A stretch of DNA of 64,000 bases from NCBI GenBank assembly GCA_045837725.1, contig JBEWZL010000030.1, forward strand, positions 186,001 through 250,000. Reading direction: 5' to 3'. Below the pieces are notes generated by a model that saw nothing but the letters and a program-made list of their open reading frames with translations, did not search any database and was not told where the DNA came from. Positions 13,126 to 27,500 of the stretch are shown piece after piece. The stretch is from Vermamoeba vermiformis (taxonomy: Eukaryota). The position numbers and the translations under genes were made by a program. The stretch's first letter is position 1, and each line of letters begins with the position of its first letter.

Positions 13126-13238
13126 GTGTTGTTTCGGTTCTGTGGATAAGAGCACAAAATTCTGCGAATTAATTTCCTTTTATTAACTTTAAGTCCTGGA
13201 GAACAGCACTCGCATTCTCTAAGACGGCTATAATATAT

Positions 13239-16200
13239 CTATTTCTTCTTCTTGCGAGGGGGCTCGTCCTCATCATCCGAGAAGGTACCTCCGCGTTCCT
13301 TGCGCTTCCCAGCGAGCTTCTTGTCCTCAGCAGCAGCTCTCGCTTCGAGTGCGTCCCAGTCCTCGCCATCGTCCTCTTCGTCTTCTTCGTCCTCGTCCAT
13401 TGCACTGGCACTGCCACTGCCACTGTCGTCATCATCGCTGCCACTGGCAGATGAACCGCTGTCAGTAGCCTCGTAGTCCTCAGACTCAGCCGAGCCCGAG
13501 GGGTTGTAGTCCTGACTCTCTTCCTCTTCACCTGCTTCTTCCTCGTCCGAGTCTGCCTCTAAGAAGTTCCAGCCACCGTCCTTCCAGAACTTCTTGGGAT
13601 CATCGCGGATCTGTTGCATCACTCGCTTCCAATTCAAGCTGGCCACACCTTCGTAGTACTTGATGTTGCACGAACTGCAGCAATGGGTTAGTCAGTGTAC
13701 TCGTCAACAGTGCTAGCAAGCTACGTACTCTAGCCACTCCTTGATCATCTCCAAGCTCTCCACAGGCACGGCATTCAAGTGCACGACAGGCTTGGACCAG
13801 TCCTTGAGCACCAGCACCACGTCAAAGTTGCGCAAGCTGAATCGGACGCGCTCAAAATAGGCAATTTCAATCTCGTCCAAAGTGAGCACAAAGAACGGAG
13901 ACTCGGTAAGATTCACCAAACAGTGGACAGTTGGCTGCAAAAACACGTTGTTGCGCTCAGGCACACCGTAGAAGCCCAACTCGCGGTAGGGAATGTCGAA
14001 CTCCAGACCCACTCCGAGCTCTTCGACTTTCTTCACAAAGGACTGGAATTCAGCGTTCAATTTGTTGCGCATTTCACGCTCACGTTGCTCGTCCTCGAGC
14101 TCTTCTGCATCACGACCCAAGCGTCTGTTGACACCACCGAGTGCTTGCGACACTTCCATCACTTCGGTGAAGAACTGAACGTCGAGTGTCTTCTTCTTGC
14201 CAATCATAATGGCGTTGTGCAGTCGCAAGTGGATCAGCACAATCAACTCCTTCTCCGCTGGTTGGAAGAAGGCGTGCTTGATGTTCTTGTAAATAATGTC
14301 GACCTTGCCTTTTTTGGCAGTGAGGAATCGGAAACCATTTTGATGCGCCTCTAAAGTGCCCACAGTCTTTCTGCCACCGAGTGTGGGTCTGATCGAGAGT
14401 GTGGACAGCTTGGGAGGTTTGCCGCGCAGAGTGACTTGCAACTCCTCTTGCACCTTGAGGCCAGCGAGGGTCTCCTTCTCGGACTCGCGTTGAGTGACGC
14501 GCTTCTTGAGTTCATTGATCAAGCGCAAGTGATTCGACAAGGCACGTGGATTGGGCACGCGGAAGGTGACTTCTTTGACGTACACCGCTTGTGGATCTTT
14601 GAATGCGTTGTTCTGCTCGGCATTCACATTGATCACATTGCCTGGGGCTTTGAAGATGATGCGAATGTACTCTTCTGTCTTTTGCACGCTCTTGACGGTG
14701 GTGATGTGGAATGGTACCAGCAAGCCGTAGATGGGCAACAGAATGGAGTCGTGTTCAGAATCAATGTAGATCTGGTCGTTAAAGAGATTAGTACCGCCCA
14801 ATGAACACCAGCGTGCATTACCTTCTCTCGATCAGCGGAGAGGGGGTACTCAGAGTGACTCTTGTACGAGGTGTAGTCCTTGTTCGCCAAAGAGTTGTCT
14901 TGCTTGTCGTCCTCGTCGCCGCCCTTGTTCTTCTCCTTCAAATATCTCTCTCGGGCTTGTTTAGCTTGCAATTCTGCCAATCGGGCCTGATTGGCTTTGC
15001 GCTTTTCATCAACAGCACTGGTCGCGACATCTTTCTGATCGCGGTGTCTGAGACTCGGTCGATGTCCCGTCTCTTCAGTGGCACGTGACTTTTTGGCACG
15101 CGGTTCATCGTCGCTCTCTTCACTCGGCTCTTCCTCTGCCTCATCGCTTTGTGCCTCTGCTTTTTCAGTCTTGACGGGCTTGGCAGGCGCTGCAGTGATG
15201 GAATAAGATATCTCTGAGAACTTTTTCTTGCTCTTTGTCAGTGTTTCCACAGCCTCTTTGGTGACTAATATCGTGTCTGAGAGCAACAACGCATATCTAT
15301 ATAATTGTTACTATTAGATTGCTGCAGACCCACAATAGTATAGTAACTATATTACCTGTTAGCTTTGGGATCGCTGCTCGCTGGGTTCAATTCCAAGTCT
15401 TGCAATCCAATGCGCACATTGAATGTCATGCCATCTTCAATCACAGCGTCGTTGTTCTCGTCGATCAAGTAACCTCTTTCAGTGAGCTCCAAGCCGATCT
15501 AAGCCGTGTCAGAACATGCGCAGCTCATCTGTGTGTATTACTTACACCGTAGCCACAGTTAGGCAAGAAGTTGTCAACCAGCTGAGGATATTTGTTGGAT
15601 ACTTCTTCGCGCGCCTTCTTGTAGATGTCACTCAACTTGACACCAGGACGCATCAGCTCAATCAACTGGTTGTGCAGATCAAACAAGAACTCGTATTGTG
15701 CTCGCTGTTCAGAAGTCGGATTGACGAGCAATGTGCGGGCCAACACACCGCAGTATTGTTTGTACTTGCCACCCAATGCAATGATGATGCACGAGGAGTG
15801 CAGGGGCAGTGCGGCAATGCTATCGAGTGTCTCTGAGCGCAGTCCATCGGCAGCGGTGAGGGCGTACGTGCCACCACTCTGAATCACGGGGGTGAAGCAC
15901 GAGTCTACAACCTCTGGCTTCAACTGCAGTGACGATGAACAATTAGCGAGCAGTCCCTAGGGATGCACGTGACACATACCGCTTTAGAAATGAGCTCTGG
16001 ATTGACGAACAACTTTTCAATTTTATCCGCTATCTTGCGGTGCGTCACTTGCTTCTCTTCATCGATGATCGTCTCAATCTCAGGAATCATGTGGGACTTG
16101 ACCACTGCACTCACAATTGAAGAGGCTGTCTTCATCCATTTCTGTCGCACACGTGATTAGTTCAGATGCACCTGCGCTAGTGCTGCGCATTACCTGCTCT

Positions 16201-16972
16201 TGCTTGTCCTTCACTGAAAATAACGTGCTCACCGCATCACCAATGTCCACCAGGGTGAATGTGTCGTGCAACAACTTCCACCACGCGTCACCGAAGTCAC
16301 CTTGCGGCACCTCACTGGTCATCGTGCCCATCTTCTTCTGCACAGCGAGTCAGTGGACTGCACCAATCAGCCACGTGTCACGAGTCACTTACCCCTCCAT
16401 TGCTCTTCTTGAGTTCTTCGAGCAAGGCCGCGAAATCTTCGTCTTGTTTGCCGCGTTGCAACAACTTCAATGCGACCGCTTCTTTGGTCTCGACTGTCTC
16501 TTGCATCTCTTTCAATAATTTCACTGCGCGGTGTTAGTGAGGTGTCGCTGTCTCATCGTAAGAGAAAGTTACCCTTCTTAGACGAAGCCAAAAACGTGCA
16601 CTTTTGAGGCGTGACGATCATCACCGTGTCTGGCAATTCGTAGCTGAGCAACCAGGATTGCAAGGCTTGTGTTTTGGTCAATTCGGTGCTCTCTGACTGT
16701 GAACCCGCTGTAATGACAAGCGCATCTGCACCACCCCAAAGCGCTTTATTTTGCTAGAAAAATGAAATTTAAGCTTAATTAATTTGCGCAGTCCAATAAT
16801 AAATTTGATTTTCTACTCCTTATAAAAATTGAAATGAAAAAAAAGGTTTTATAAATTAAATACAATATTATAAAAAACTCACCACCCAACTGTCATGCAA
16901 CTTATTTAAGTGTCGGTAAAATAAAGCTCCATCAAACATGGAAGTTTTTTTCGCATCCTTCTTTTCAGCCAT
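13239..16972 (-). CDS. SPT16: FACT complex subunit SPT16 (multi-exon)
   Basis: ILLPIYGLLVPFHITTVKSV, GTLEAHQNGFRF, NIKHAFFQPAEKE, FDIPYRELGFYGVP, LNWKRVMQQIRDDPKKFWKDGGWNFL, acidic tail. Confidence 0.97.
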
Positions 16973-17061
16973 CTTCTCCAAAAACAGTGACTTTTTTGAC
17001 GCAAGAAACGTAGAGCAATTAAGTTGTGGTAGAGTGACTGGCTAAAGAGAAATAAATGACT

Positions 17062-17109
17062 TTTTCGCGACGTTCATTTTTTTTAAAAACCGAGAAAAAT
17101 GGCGCGAAA
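17062..17109 (-). promoter_or_regulatory. E2F-like sites upstream of SPT16
   Basis: TTTTCGCG at ~17062 and GGCGCGAAA at 17101-17109 (TTTCGCGCC on the minus strand), 90-140 bp upstream of the SPT16 ATG. Confidence 0.4.
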
Positions 17110-17149
17110 AAAAAATTTACGCAGTTATTTACAATGTGATGCAAAGCTC

Positions 17150-18497
17150 TCAAAAGTCGATATTGGTCAACAAAGTTTTTCTGTCCACCTTGTTTTCGTT
17201 GCTAGATTCATCTTCGGCTGCACCATCGAGAATGCTCTGAGTGTGATTGTGGTTAGATCTGTCTATCATCCCATGAGATGCTCTTACCTTGCTCGAGCGT
17301 CCTATTGCTAGTTTGGGTTTGCCCTTATTCAACCCTTCTAATAGTACACAGGCCTTACACAACTTATTACTGGAGATGTACCCACATCTGACGCAAGTTC
17401 CGGGAGTCGAAGGCTTGCTCTTGTTGTTGTTATTATTCGCATTCGCACTCTCATCGCTGATGTGCAAGTTCTCGCCTGTGTGTATAATGTCCAATATAGC
17501 GCGTGGTCGAATCTTCTCGAGGTCCTTCAAATACTCGCGCGCGTGACCTCGGTACGCGTTGGGTGAGTAGATGCACTCAGTGCTGAAGTAATCGAGCTGC
17601 TTGAAGTACGCGTAGAGCACAATCTCTTTCTCGTACGTGTATTTGAAGGGCTTGCAGCGCGGCAGACTGCCATCAGCACCCGTCACAATCGCTGCGCACC
17701 GTCCTAAGCGCGCTATATCTCCACGCAACACTACACACTAGTCAATAACACTGCCACATATAATGTAGATATATATACTGCATACTGTTCATGAGCACTG
17801 TCTCTGCAATGTCATCGGCATTGTGGCCAGTCACAATTTTGTCCACTTTCAGCATCACTGCGCCACGATCCAGCGCTTGACGTCTAAAAACGCCACAAAA
17901 TGTGCCTGTATAATAGGTAAGGGTAAGTATACTTGACGTTAATAAACTGTAGTGTCGCACTTACAGTTGTTCTTTCTCCCGATCTCCTTGACGATAGCAT
18001 CCATTGTCCAGCCATACAGCTCTTCGTAAGAGACGATTTTCAAAGGAATCTTGTATTGTTGTTGATTGCGCTTGACAGTCTGAAGCAAAAGATCAATATT
18101 TAAATTAATTGGCTCCGTCACAAAACACGATCGCGATCATACCTCAAGCGAATCATCTCGATATCCAGTAATGCCTTCATCAATAGACAATAAAAATAAA
18201 TCGAGCCCATAATCGTACTTCTCATTCAACAAGGTAAGGACATGAGCCAAAACAGTTGAATCTGCGAAAATTAATAAATAATTTAAATAATAATTGAGCA
18301 AAAATATCATTACCTTTACCGCCAGACGCCGCAATAGCAACTCGATCGCCACGCTTAAATAAATTATTGCTGACAATAGTGTGATGAATTTCGTCTTCGA
18401 AGACACTAAAGAAACACTCCTTGCAGATCATTTCATTTGTCTTTGGTCGCTTCAACGCAGCCTTGTTCGTATTACACACGATGCATAGATTTACCAT
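17150..18497 (-). CDS. CTU1: Cytoplasmic tRNA 2-thiolation protein 1 (multi-exon)
   Basis: CxxC zinc motifs, [14 protein letters not shown]-loop, [64 protein letters not shown]. Confidence 0.97.
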
Positions 18498-18690
18498 GGC
18501 TTTGTGTTGTTTAATTCAGGTTTGTCACTTCAAATGGCCGTTAAGAGAAATTGCTGAGAATTAAAATTTTGCTCAACAACAAACAATAAACTGTTCGCAA
18601 CGGGCCTTTATTAAAGAGCTAATAAGTCCCAGATCCGAGAGGTGAAACAGCACAAAACTTCACTTCTCTTCATGTTGTTACACGAGTGGT

Positions 18691-21077
18691 TCAATACTCT
18701 TCAATCACCTGTTCGTCAATGACCTCTTCCACATCCTCTTCCACCAACAAATATTCATTCTCTTCGTCCGAGTCATCGTGGCCAGTGATAGCACGTCGTT
18801 TGGGGGCATCAGCTTTGTACTCAGCCCAGCGTTGTCGCAACAAGTTCTCCAAGTCACTGCGCAGCTTAGCTTTGCGTTCTCGTTCTTGGCGTTCCCTCTC
18901 TGCCTCGCGCTCTTCGTCCTCCTTGCGGTACTTGTCTGAGATCTGCTTGAAGTTCTTCTTGATGTTCTCTTCCACCTCCTTGCTCAACATTGAAGGAGGA
19001 CGAGGACGCCACAGGAGTTGATAGAACTTCTCGCGATATTCGCGGTGCAAGTGCTTGCCACTGAAGGTCCAGAGGTTGTAGCCGTTCTCGAGGGGGTGAC
19101 GCCAGAACGAGACGTACGTGGCGACATATCGACCGGTCGGATCCCACTCAATGTTCGTGCAGTTGAAGTGATCTTCAGTGGTGATAGTTTCAAGGTCTTG
19201 AACGCTGAAGAATTCCAACACACCGTTGAAGTTTCTGAGACCTGCAATCAAGATGTACTTGCCAGCAGGGGACCAGAACAAGTGATTGGCGGATCTCTTC
19301 TCTAACGTCTCTGCAAACAAGAGGTCAGTACTCGACAATACTAGTGCGAATAATCACGACGTACTGAGGTGTTTGTATTGCTTGCCACCCATGGTGTAGA
19401 ACGAGACACTGGTGCGCGGTGAGTCTTCAGGACAGTGAATCAGCGCGAATCGTTTGTCTTTGGGCTCCCAAGCGAATGCAATCACAATCTCGTCTTTCAG
19501 CTCTAACACTTCAATGGGTAGACCCTTCTCGCGCATGCGGAACAACTCAAAGTTGGTGACTGCAGTCTTGGCCTTGTTCTTGCCGCTGTGTCGATCGACT
19601 TTGACGCACAAATAGTCACCCGCGCCTTGCCAGTGCATCTTGGCCTGCATGATGAGACGAGTGGTGAGTACATGACACGCACGAGTGACACTGAGTTGTA
19701 CTTACATCAATGACGTTGTAGAGATTCTTCTGCGACAAAACGGTGAGTTGCGGCACTTGCAACAGGAACACACGAGCAGGCACGTTGTTGTATTCAGGCA
19801 CCCACGCACTGACAATGTCGTCGCTCGGGGACCACGCAAAGTCGCGAATAGCAGCATCAAGCTTGTAGGACTTCTTGTTGAGCAAGGAGAAGGTGTTGGT
19901 CTCGTATATGGACAGCGCACCCTCCTCGTTGATGCGCGCAAAGTACTTGTCATCGTGCGACCACTTGAAGGCAGGCCAGGCAGGATTGAGATTGGGGAAT
20001 GCGCGCATCTTCTGACCGGTGATGACGTCCCAAATGATAATGGCTTGATCTTTGCTCTCTTGCTCCGCTTGTTGCGAGTAGGTGACAATGTACTTCTCGC
20101 AGGGAGAGAAGTCGATCAGCTTGACGCCAGGGTGGTGGAACTTCTGGTACTTGGTCCACTTGGGTCCTCCCCATAAGATTACACCAAGACGATGTAGTGT
20201 CGCCAGATAAGTGCCTTGTTGTGACCAACTGAGGTACGACTCGGTCCAATCCTAAAACCGGCTGCGGATCGGTAAGTACAAAGACGACATATAAATCAAT
20301 TGACAGTACGTACTGTGCGCTTGAATTCTAACTTGGGCTTGTTGCCAATGAATGAATTCCAATAGATTTCAGTTTCGTTCATGTAGCGAATCACAAACTG
20401 ATCAACACCATCAGGATTCAGCAACCACTCGCGAAGATTTTCCTATATAAAAATGACCAATTATTAACTGTGAGGATTTGAGCGCTTTTGAAATGGATTG
20501 TAAAAACTTTCAGGATGGGATGATCCAAAGAACAGTCCGTACCGCTGGTTGATATTCTTGAGTTTCTGGTGGCGTATATTTATCTCCAAGTGTTTGCAAT
20601 TTGTCTACGTCTTCAAAGTGATTAACTTTCAATGTATGCTTTGCATCCAGCTTCACATCGTTTGTTTGTTTTACGGCCAAATCTGCTTCTTCGGCTTTGC
20701 TATATTCGATAAAAGCAAATCTAATTTTTATCATGCGCATTAGTATGGAGGGCATCCGCAGAAGAGCATGGGAGGATTTAAATCAATTATTATTAAAATA
20801 TAATTATTAATCTGCATCCATATACGAACCCTTTTGATTTATCTTCGTTGTCTTCATAGGGCATGAATACATCTTTAATATTTCCGGCTGAACCAAAAAT
20901 TTTCTTGACTACAGCCAGCAACTTAGCCTCTTTCTCGTGAGGAATGATGGGCAAGTTGTCAACGATAATGTATCTGGAAAAGCTCTTGTCCAGATGCACT
21001 GGAGGAATAACGTCCTCCTCGTCGAGATCCTCGATCTCGTTAGGGTTGTTATACGGTGTCTTTTGTTGTCGATCCAT
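18691..21077 (-). CDS. EIF3B: Translation initiation factor 3 subunit B (multi-exon)
   Basis: RRM IIVDNLP...FAFIEY...KLDAKHTLKVN; WTESYLSWSQQGTYLAT; FKWSHDDKYFAR; WDPTGRYV; FYQLLWRPRPP. Confidence 0.97.
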
Positions 21078-21521
21078 TCTTAACTTCGCACAAATAAACG
21101 CGGCACGAAAAATTTCTCGACCCTGTTGAACTGCTAGTGAGCGCAATAGTAAGGGACTCTCTAACGTGTTAACTGCTGCACTGCACTCTGCAGCGGACGA
21201 ATACAGATTAGGATAGGCACTTGTCACCGAGTTAACGGATCTGTCTTAATCTCCTCGTTACCGTCTGAAATCAATATCCATACACTGTCGATAATTGTGT
21301 TTCTAGTAATCTCCGCAATAGAGTGCACTGCGAGGTGTTTGCTGCCACTCTTGTTGCACCGAGCTCGTTCCCTCCCTTTTAGCTTTGTTCAGTTTTTGTG
21401 TCGCTATTCGTTAGAGGAGCAAACATCACAACCAGACAATACGGTTCATAGGTAATACTACCTCGCACTTGATCGGTACCTTGGGCTTTTTGCTGATTTT
21501 ATAAAATAGGTTTGCGAGATC

Positions 21522-24500
21522 ATGAGTAATCCGCATAGCTATAACTCCTCAGTAAGTAGTTTTTGCTAGACCTAATTACAATTCCATTTTATACATTCGA
21601 TGGGCTGTTTATTTCTGTAATTGATACTAAATTTTTTACCATCCAATTTTTTTGTTCTTGATTTACGCCAGGCCATTCTTTCTAACGCGATGGCTGCGGT
21701 ATTTAAATGAAATCAACCCATCAAAACGCTCATTATTCCAATGTTTATTATTAAAGGTCTCAGATCGGCTATTTGCTTCTCGGCTTAGTCGCATTAATCA
21801 ATTTTTAATTTTCTCCTAAATATTTTGAATTTATTTTAAAACCACAATAAAGACGCACTCAAGTGGCGCTAAATTAATATTGTGTTCTTCCATTTAAAGA
21901 GCGTGTGTTTGACTGACACGCACTCTTTTTCACACCTTTTTTACCACTTCCAACCACAGCGAGCAGACACTAATGCGAATTGTTGTGATAGGTGCCTCAA
22001 GGAGTCAATCCAAATGCTGTCTTCTCCAGCATGTCGCCTGGCATGGGACAGATGGCCAGCAACGGCGCGGTGTCTCAGAACTACCAGCAGAACATGCATC
22101 AACAGCACTATCCGCAACAACAACAACAGCAACACAACTATTACAGCGCTCCTCCTCAGACCATGCACCAGCAGCAGCACTATCAGCAGAGCCACATGAC
22201 TGCCCCCGTGCAACAGCAGCACTATCAATACACGCCACAACAACAGCAGTACTTGCAGCAGCAGCAACAAATGCGCATGCAGTCTGCGCCCTCGCCGCAA
22301 CAGAGCTACGTGCCCAATCCTGCCTACAGAGCTGCACCCATGGCACCGCGCATGGCTCAGAGCCCCGTGTCCTACTCGCCACAGACACCTGTCGGACGGG
22401 GCTATCAATACTCACAGCCGCAGACACCCATCAGTCCCTACACGCCTCAGTCTGCTGGCTATTCGTCGTACCAGTCTACACCCTCGACTGGAGGGCGCGG
22501 ACGTGGTCGTGGACGAGGTCGCGGCAGAGGTCGTGGCAAAGCAGCAGCGAGCCGTCGTGATCTGGAGGACGAAGAAGAGGATGAAGAAGAAGAGATTGAG
22601 CCGAGCGAAGAGAGTGACGTCGAAGAGGAAGAGTGGCACGCTGAAGAAGAAGAAGATGACGACGATGGCGAGGGTGAGAAGAAAGAAACACCTGCAGTGA
22701 CGCAATCCAAGAACTTGTTGAATGCATTCGAACAACAGCTGCAGCAGTTGATGGACCCTGATGCATTCCCCGAGATTGTGGACAAGATTCTCGATCACAG
22801 ACCTCGTCCTGAAGCTGCCGATGAGGAAGTGGTTGAAGATGGCAAGCATCAGGATGCCTTCGAGTACTTGGTCAAGTGGCGCGGTCGATCGTACATTCAC
22901 ATTGAGTGGGTGGAGGCTGATGTCATCCGTGAAGAAGGTCAAGGTGGTCGTGCCAAGCTGCTCAAGTACTGGAAACGTCGCGAGAAGAGTAAGTGTCGCT
23001 TGATACATGCCACGCGTGCTGATTGTGTTGCACCACAGATCGCGTGCAAGATGAGAACCAGGACAACAAGAGTCACATCGACTCGGATTGGATTGAGGTC
23101 GATCGTATATTGGCCTCGCGCGATGTCTACATTAAGAAAGAGGGTGGTACGTACTTGCTGTGATTGCTGCAGTGTCTCTAACCGCCGTTCAGAAACACCG
23201 ACGATGACACGTGTCTACTTGGTGAAGTGGTGCTCATTGCCTTATATGGAATCTAGCTGGGAGACAGCAGAGGACATCAAAGACGATCAAAAGATTGAAG
23301 ACTTTGTGCGCTTCAACACCGTCAAGCCTGCGGTAAGTACCAGTTTGAGTCGTTGTCACGCGACATTAACGCTGCTGCGTAGGTCCCCCAACAGCCCAAG
23401 ACAGAGTGGCACCGCTACGAGAAGTCGCCACAATTCCGCGGTGGTCACGAGCTGCGTCAATATCAGCTCGAAGGTCTGAACTGGCTGTCATTCTGCTGGC
23501 TCAATCGTCGCGGCTGCATTCTCGCCGATGAAATGGGTCTCGGCAAGACGGTGCAAGCGACGTCATTCTTGAATCACCTCTTCACCACCGAGTCCATTCC
23601 CGGTCCGTTCTTGGTGATAGTGCCGCTCAGCACACTGATTCACTGGCAGCGCGAGATTGAGACCTGGACCGAGATGAATGTCGTGGTCTATCAGGGCAAC
23701 AAGCCCAATCGCACGTGCATTCGCGAGTTCGAGTTCTTCTATCCAGGCACGAGCACGATCAAGTTCAATGTGCTGCTCACTACCTTTGAGATGTTGTTAG
23801 CCGAGGACTGGAACGATCTCGCCAAGATTGAGTGGAAAGTGGTGGTGATTGACGAGGCACAACGCCTCAAGAATCAGAACTCAAAGTTGTTGCAGAACTT
23901 GCGCTACTTCAACTTTGATCACCGCGTGTTGCTCACAGGTACCCCCATTCAGAACAACACGGGTGAATTGTGGACGCTGTTGAACTTTATTGAACCGACC
24001 AAGTTTGCCTCCAAAGAAGAGTTCTTGGCCGAGTTTGGCAATCTGCAAGATGCCGCCCAAGTGGAGAAGTTGCACTTGTTGTTGCGTCCTCACTTACTGC
24101 GCAGGTGTGTAGCTAGCGGTTGTGTGCAGTGAGCGGTACTGACTCGTTGTTGCAGATTGAAAGAAGATGTCGAGAAGTCCATTCCACCCAAAGAAGAGAC
24201 GATCATTGAAGTGGAGATGTCGCTGTTGCAGAAACAATACTACAAGGCCATATTGACTGGCAACCGATCCTTCTTGAACAAGGGCCTCAACAGCAAGAAC
24301 GTGCCCAATCTGCTCAACATTATGATGGTACGCACCACACACACACTCGAGTGTTCATTGTATCGCTACTAATGCTGTGGTCAGGAACTGCGCAAGGTGT
24401 GCAATCATCCCTATCTCGTGCGCGGCTGCGAGGAGAAGGACACGCTGAGCATGAACGATCAGGCCTATTACAAGCGACTCGTTGAGACCTCTGCCAAGCT

Positions 24501-27500
24501 GATTCTGCTCGACAAGCTGTTGCCCAAGATCCGCGCTGGTGGTCACAAAGTGCTCATCTTCTCGCAGATGGTGCGTGTGCTCGACATACTCGAGACCTAT
24601 CTCAAGTCACGTGGCTGGGGCTACGAACGATTGGACGGTTCAGTGCGCGGCAACGACCGTCAGAGTGCGATCGATCGCTTCGGCGATTCCACGCAAGATC
24701 GCTTCGTGTTCTTGCTGTGCACGCGCGCAGGAGGTGTGGGCATCAACTTGGCAGCAGCGAACACGGTGATCATCTACGACAGCGATTGGAATCCGCAGAA
24801 CGACATTCAAGCACAAGCACGCTGTCACCGCATTGGTCAGACACAAGAGGTCAAGGTGTATCGTCTCATCTGCGCCAAGACCTACGAGCGATACATGTTC
24901 GAACAAGCGAGCAAGAAGCTGGGTCTGGATCAAGCAGTGCTCAACAACATGGGTGTGACGTCAGATCCGAGCAAAATGTTGGACAACAAAGAGATTGACA
25001 ATCTGCTCAAGTACGGTGCTTACGATCTGTTCCGCGAGGACGAAAAAGAAGTCACCGAGTACAAAGACGAAGACATCGACAAGATCCTCGAGAGATCTGA
25101 GCGTGTCGTGTGGAATGCCGCGCAGGATGCCAAGGCAGGACCCTCCACCTTCGCCAAGGCTACTTTCGGCTCTGGTACGTCAGTGGACATGGATGCACCG
25201 GACTTCTGGGAGAAAGTGTTGCCCGAAGAGCAGAACGTCAACTGGCTGGTGCGCAAGCTGAACGACGAGAGTGCGCTGAAGAGCACCGACGAGACCAATC
25301 AGTTCATGGAAGTGGCGAGCAAGGTGATGCTCGGTGTGCAGGCCTCGTGGGAGGAAGGACTGAGCGAACAAGCTGGCCAAGACATTGCCATACTCGTGGA
25401 TCTGTTCCGCAGATCTACCAAAGAACCGCGCTTCAACGAGCAGCAGCGACACATGATGGGTGACTGGCTCGATGCCATCGCCAATCCTCGTCGTCGCCGC
25501 AAGCAGCTCTTTGGCTCAGGGCACACACCGAGTCGCGCACAAGTGGAGCGCAAGTTCGAGAAGACCCCCGAGGACGAGAAGTGGTCGCGCGCTGAAAAGA
25601 TTCGCTTCCACCAAGCATTCTTCGCGTACTGCTGCGACACGTGGCTGGTGATCAAAGAGAAGGGCGAGCTGTTCGAGAAGACTTTGGAAGAGATCTACAG
25701 CTACGCCAAGCGATTCTTGGACCGATGTGCTGAGCTCGCAGATGAAGACGACAAGACAGCGTTCCTTCAGTGCGCAGAAGAGCTGCAGCCTCCGAGTGCT
25801 GCGGACATTCAGCTCGACGAACAGGTCAAGAGCGTGGAGGGTGAGCGACAAGTGCTGCACAAGCCCGTCAACGACTCGACTGGTTACAAGAAGATGATGC
25901 GCAAGAAGATGAAGGGCTGGGTGCGTCGTGTGCGCATGATGATGTTGCTGCGTCACGAGATTGAGAGTGTCAAAGATCCATTCCACGAACTCGTCATCCC
26001 TGCACCCTTCAAGGCCCTCACGACTTGGTGGTCGCGCGCTGATGACCGCTCACTGTTGCTCGGCACGTACAAGCACGGCTTCGGCTACTACGAGGACATG
26101 TTGCGCGACAACGAGCTGACCTTCAATCAGCACGTCACTCCACCACCCCCCGCTGACATTCCCGTCACCACCCCTGCACGACCCAAGTCACGTGCTGGCT
26201 TTGGAGGTCAGGGCTCACAATCGCTGGAGGTGCTCAAGGTGTGGACCAATGCCCCGCAAGCTACCAGTGAAGACGCGCTGACCGTGCGCTTCACAGTGAA
26301 GCGAGTGAAGAACGAAGATGCGGAGACCCCCGTGACAGCGAGTGGTGATCTCAGCGCTGAGTGGCCACAATCGCGCTCGCTGGATCAGCACACCAAGACA
26401 CTGATCGAGTCCATCATGAAGATCAGAAAGGCCTATCTTCGTGACAAAGAGCGACAAATGCGCCAGACAGAGAAGATGTCCAAGAAGAAGTTGATGAGCG
26501 ATGCCAAGCGCCGCGAGCGCTACAAGGACTGGTCGAAGCGCGAGGAGAAAGATCTGCGCAATGCCATCATCATGTTCGGCGGTGGCTATTGGGAGGTGTT
26601 GCGCGTGCATGCAGGATTGGAGCACAAAGACGAGGGCCAGATTGAAGAGTACTTCCAGAACTTGATGATCATGTGTCGCTCCATTGTCTCCACCAATCCC
26701 AAGCAACTCACTGGCCAGGACGGTGAGGGCAAGGAGAAAGAAGAGGACGAGGACGAGGAAGAGCTCGACGACAATGACGAGGACGACAAGAACACCGCGC
26801 AGAACACGCAGAGTGCCATGCAATCAGCGGCCTCAATGATGAGTGCTAACAACAGACCCACCGCACCCATCTCAGTCACCATGGCCAAGCGACTCTTGAA
26901 GCGCGTCAAGTTGTTCAGTGATCTGCGCACTCGTGTCTTGACGCACCCTGAGCTCAAGAAGCGCATCGATCAAGCGCGTCAAGGTGAAATGCCTGCGTGG
27001 TGGGTGCCGGGCATGAACGATCTCGCACTCCTCGAGGCAGTGGTCAAGTACGGCCTGGGAGGCAAAGAGCTCTGGGAGGAGTACCTCGCGGATGAGAACT
27101 GTCCGCTCTACTTTGCTGAGACTGGCAAGCCCGTGTATCGCAAGCACAAAGAGAAGTGGCTGCGCGAGTTCTTGGTGGACAGACCTCCCCTCGTCATGCG
27201 CGTCATCTACCTCGCACAGCTCGTGCTGGACCCTGAACACGTGCACGACTACGTGCCCAATCGTCGCTCTTCCAGCTCGTACTTTGACATTCCGCGCGAG
27301 ATTATGACGCGCTCTCAGAGCACCGTGGGCAAACGCAAGCGCGAAGATGGTGAAGAGGGCGACGATGACTTGAGTGTGGAGCCAGTCACCAAGCGCGCAC
27401 GACTCAGCGGCGGTGGTTCACTGCTCAGATTTGCCACGCGTCCCGTACCACGTGACGATGATGGTCACGTGATCTTGCCTGTGACGGCCAAGGGTGCCAC

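Noticed and set aside
20793-21227. N-terminal extension of eIF3b predicted by the ORF track
   Set aside because: It starts at a non-ATG codon in promoter DNA; the ATG at 21077 gives a normal N-terminus.
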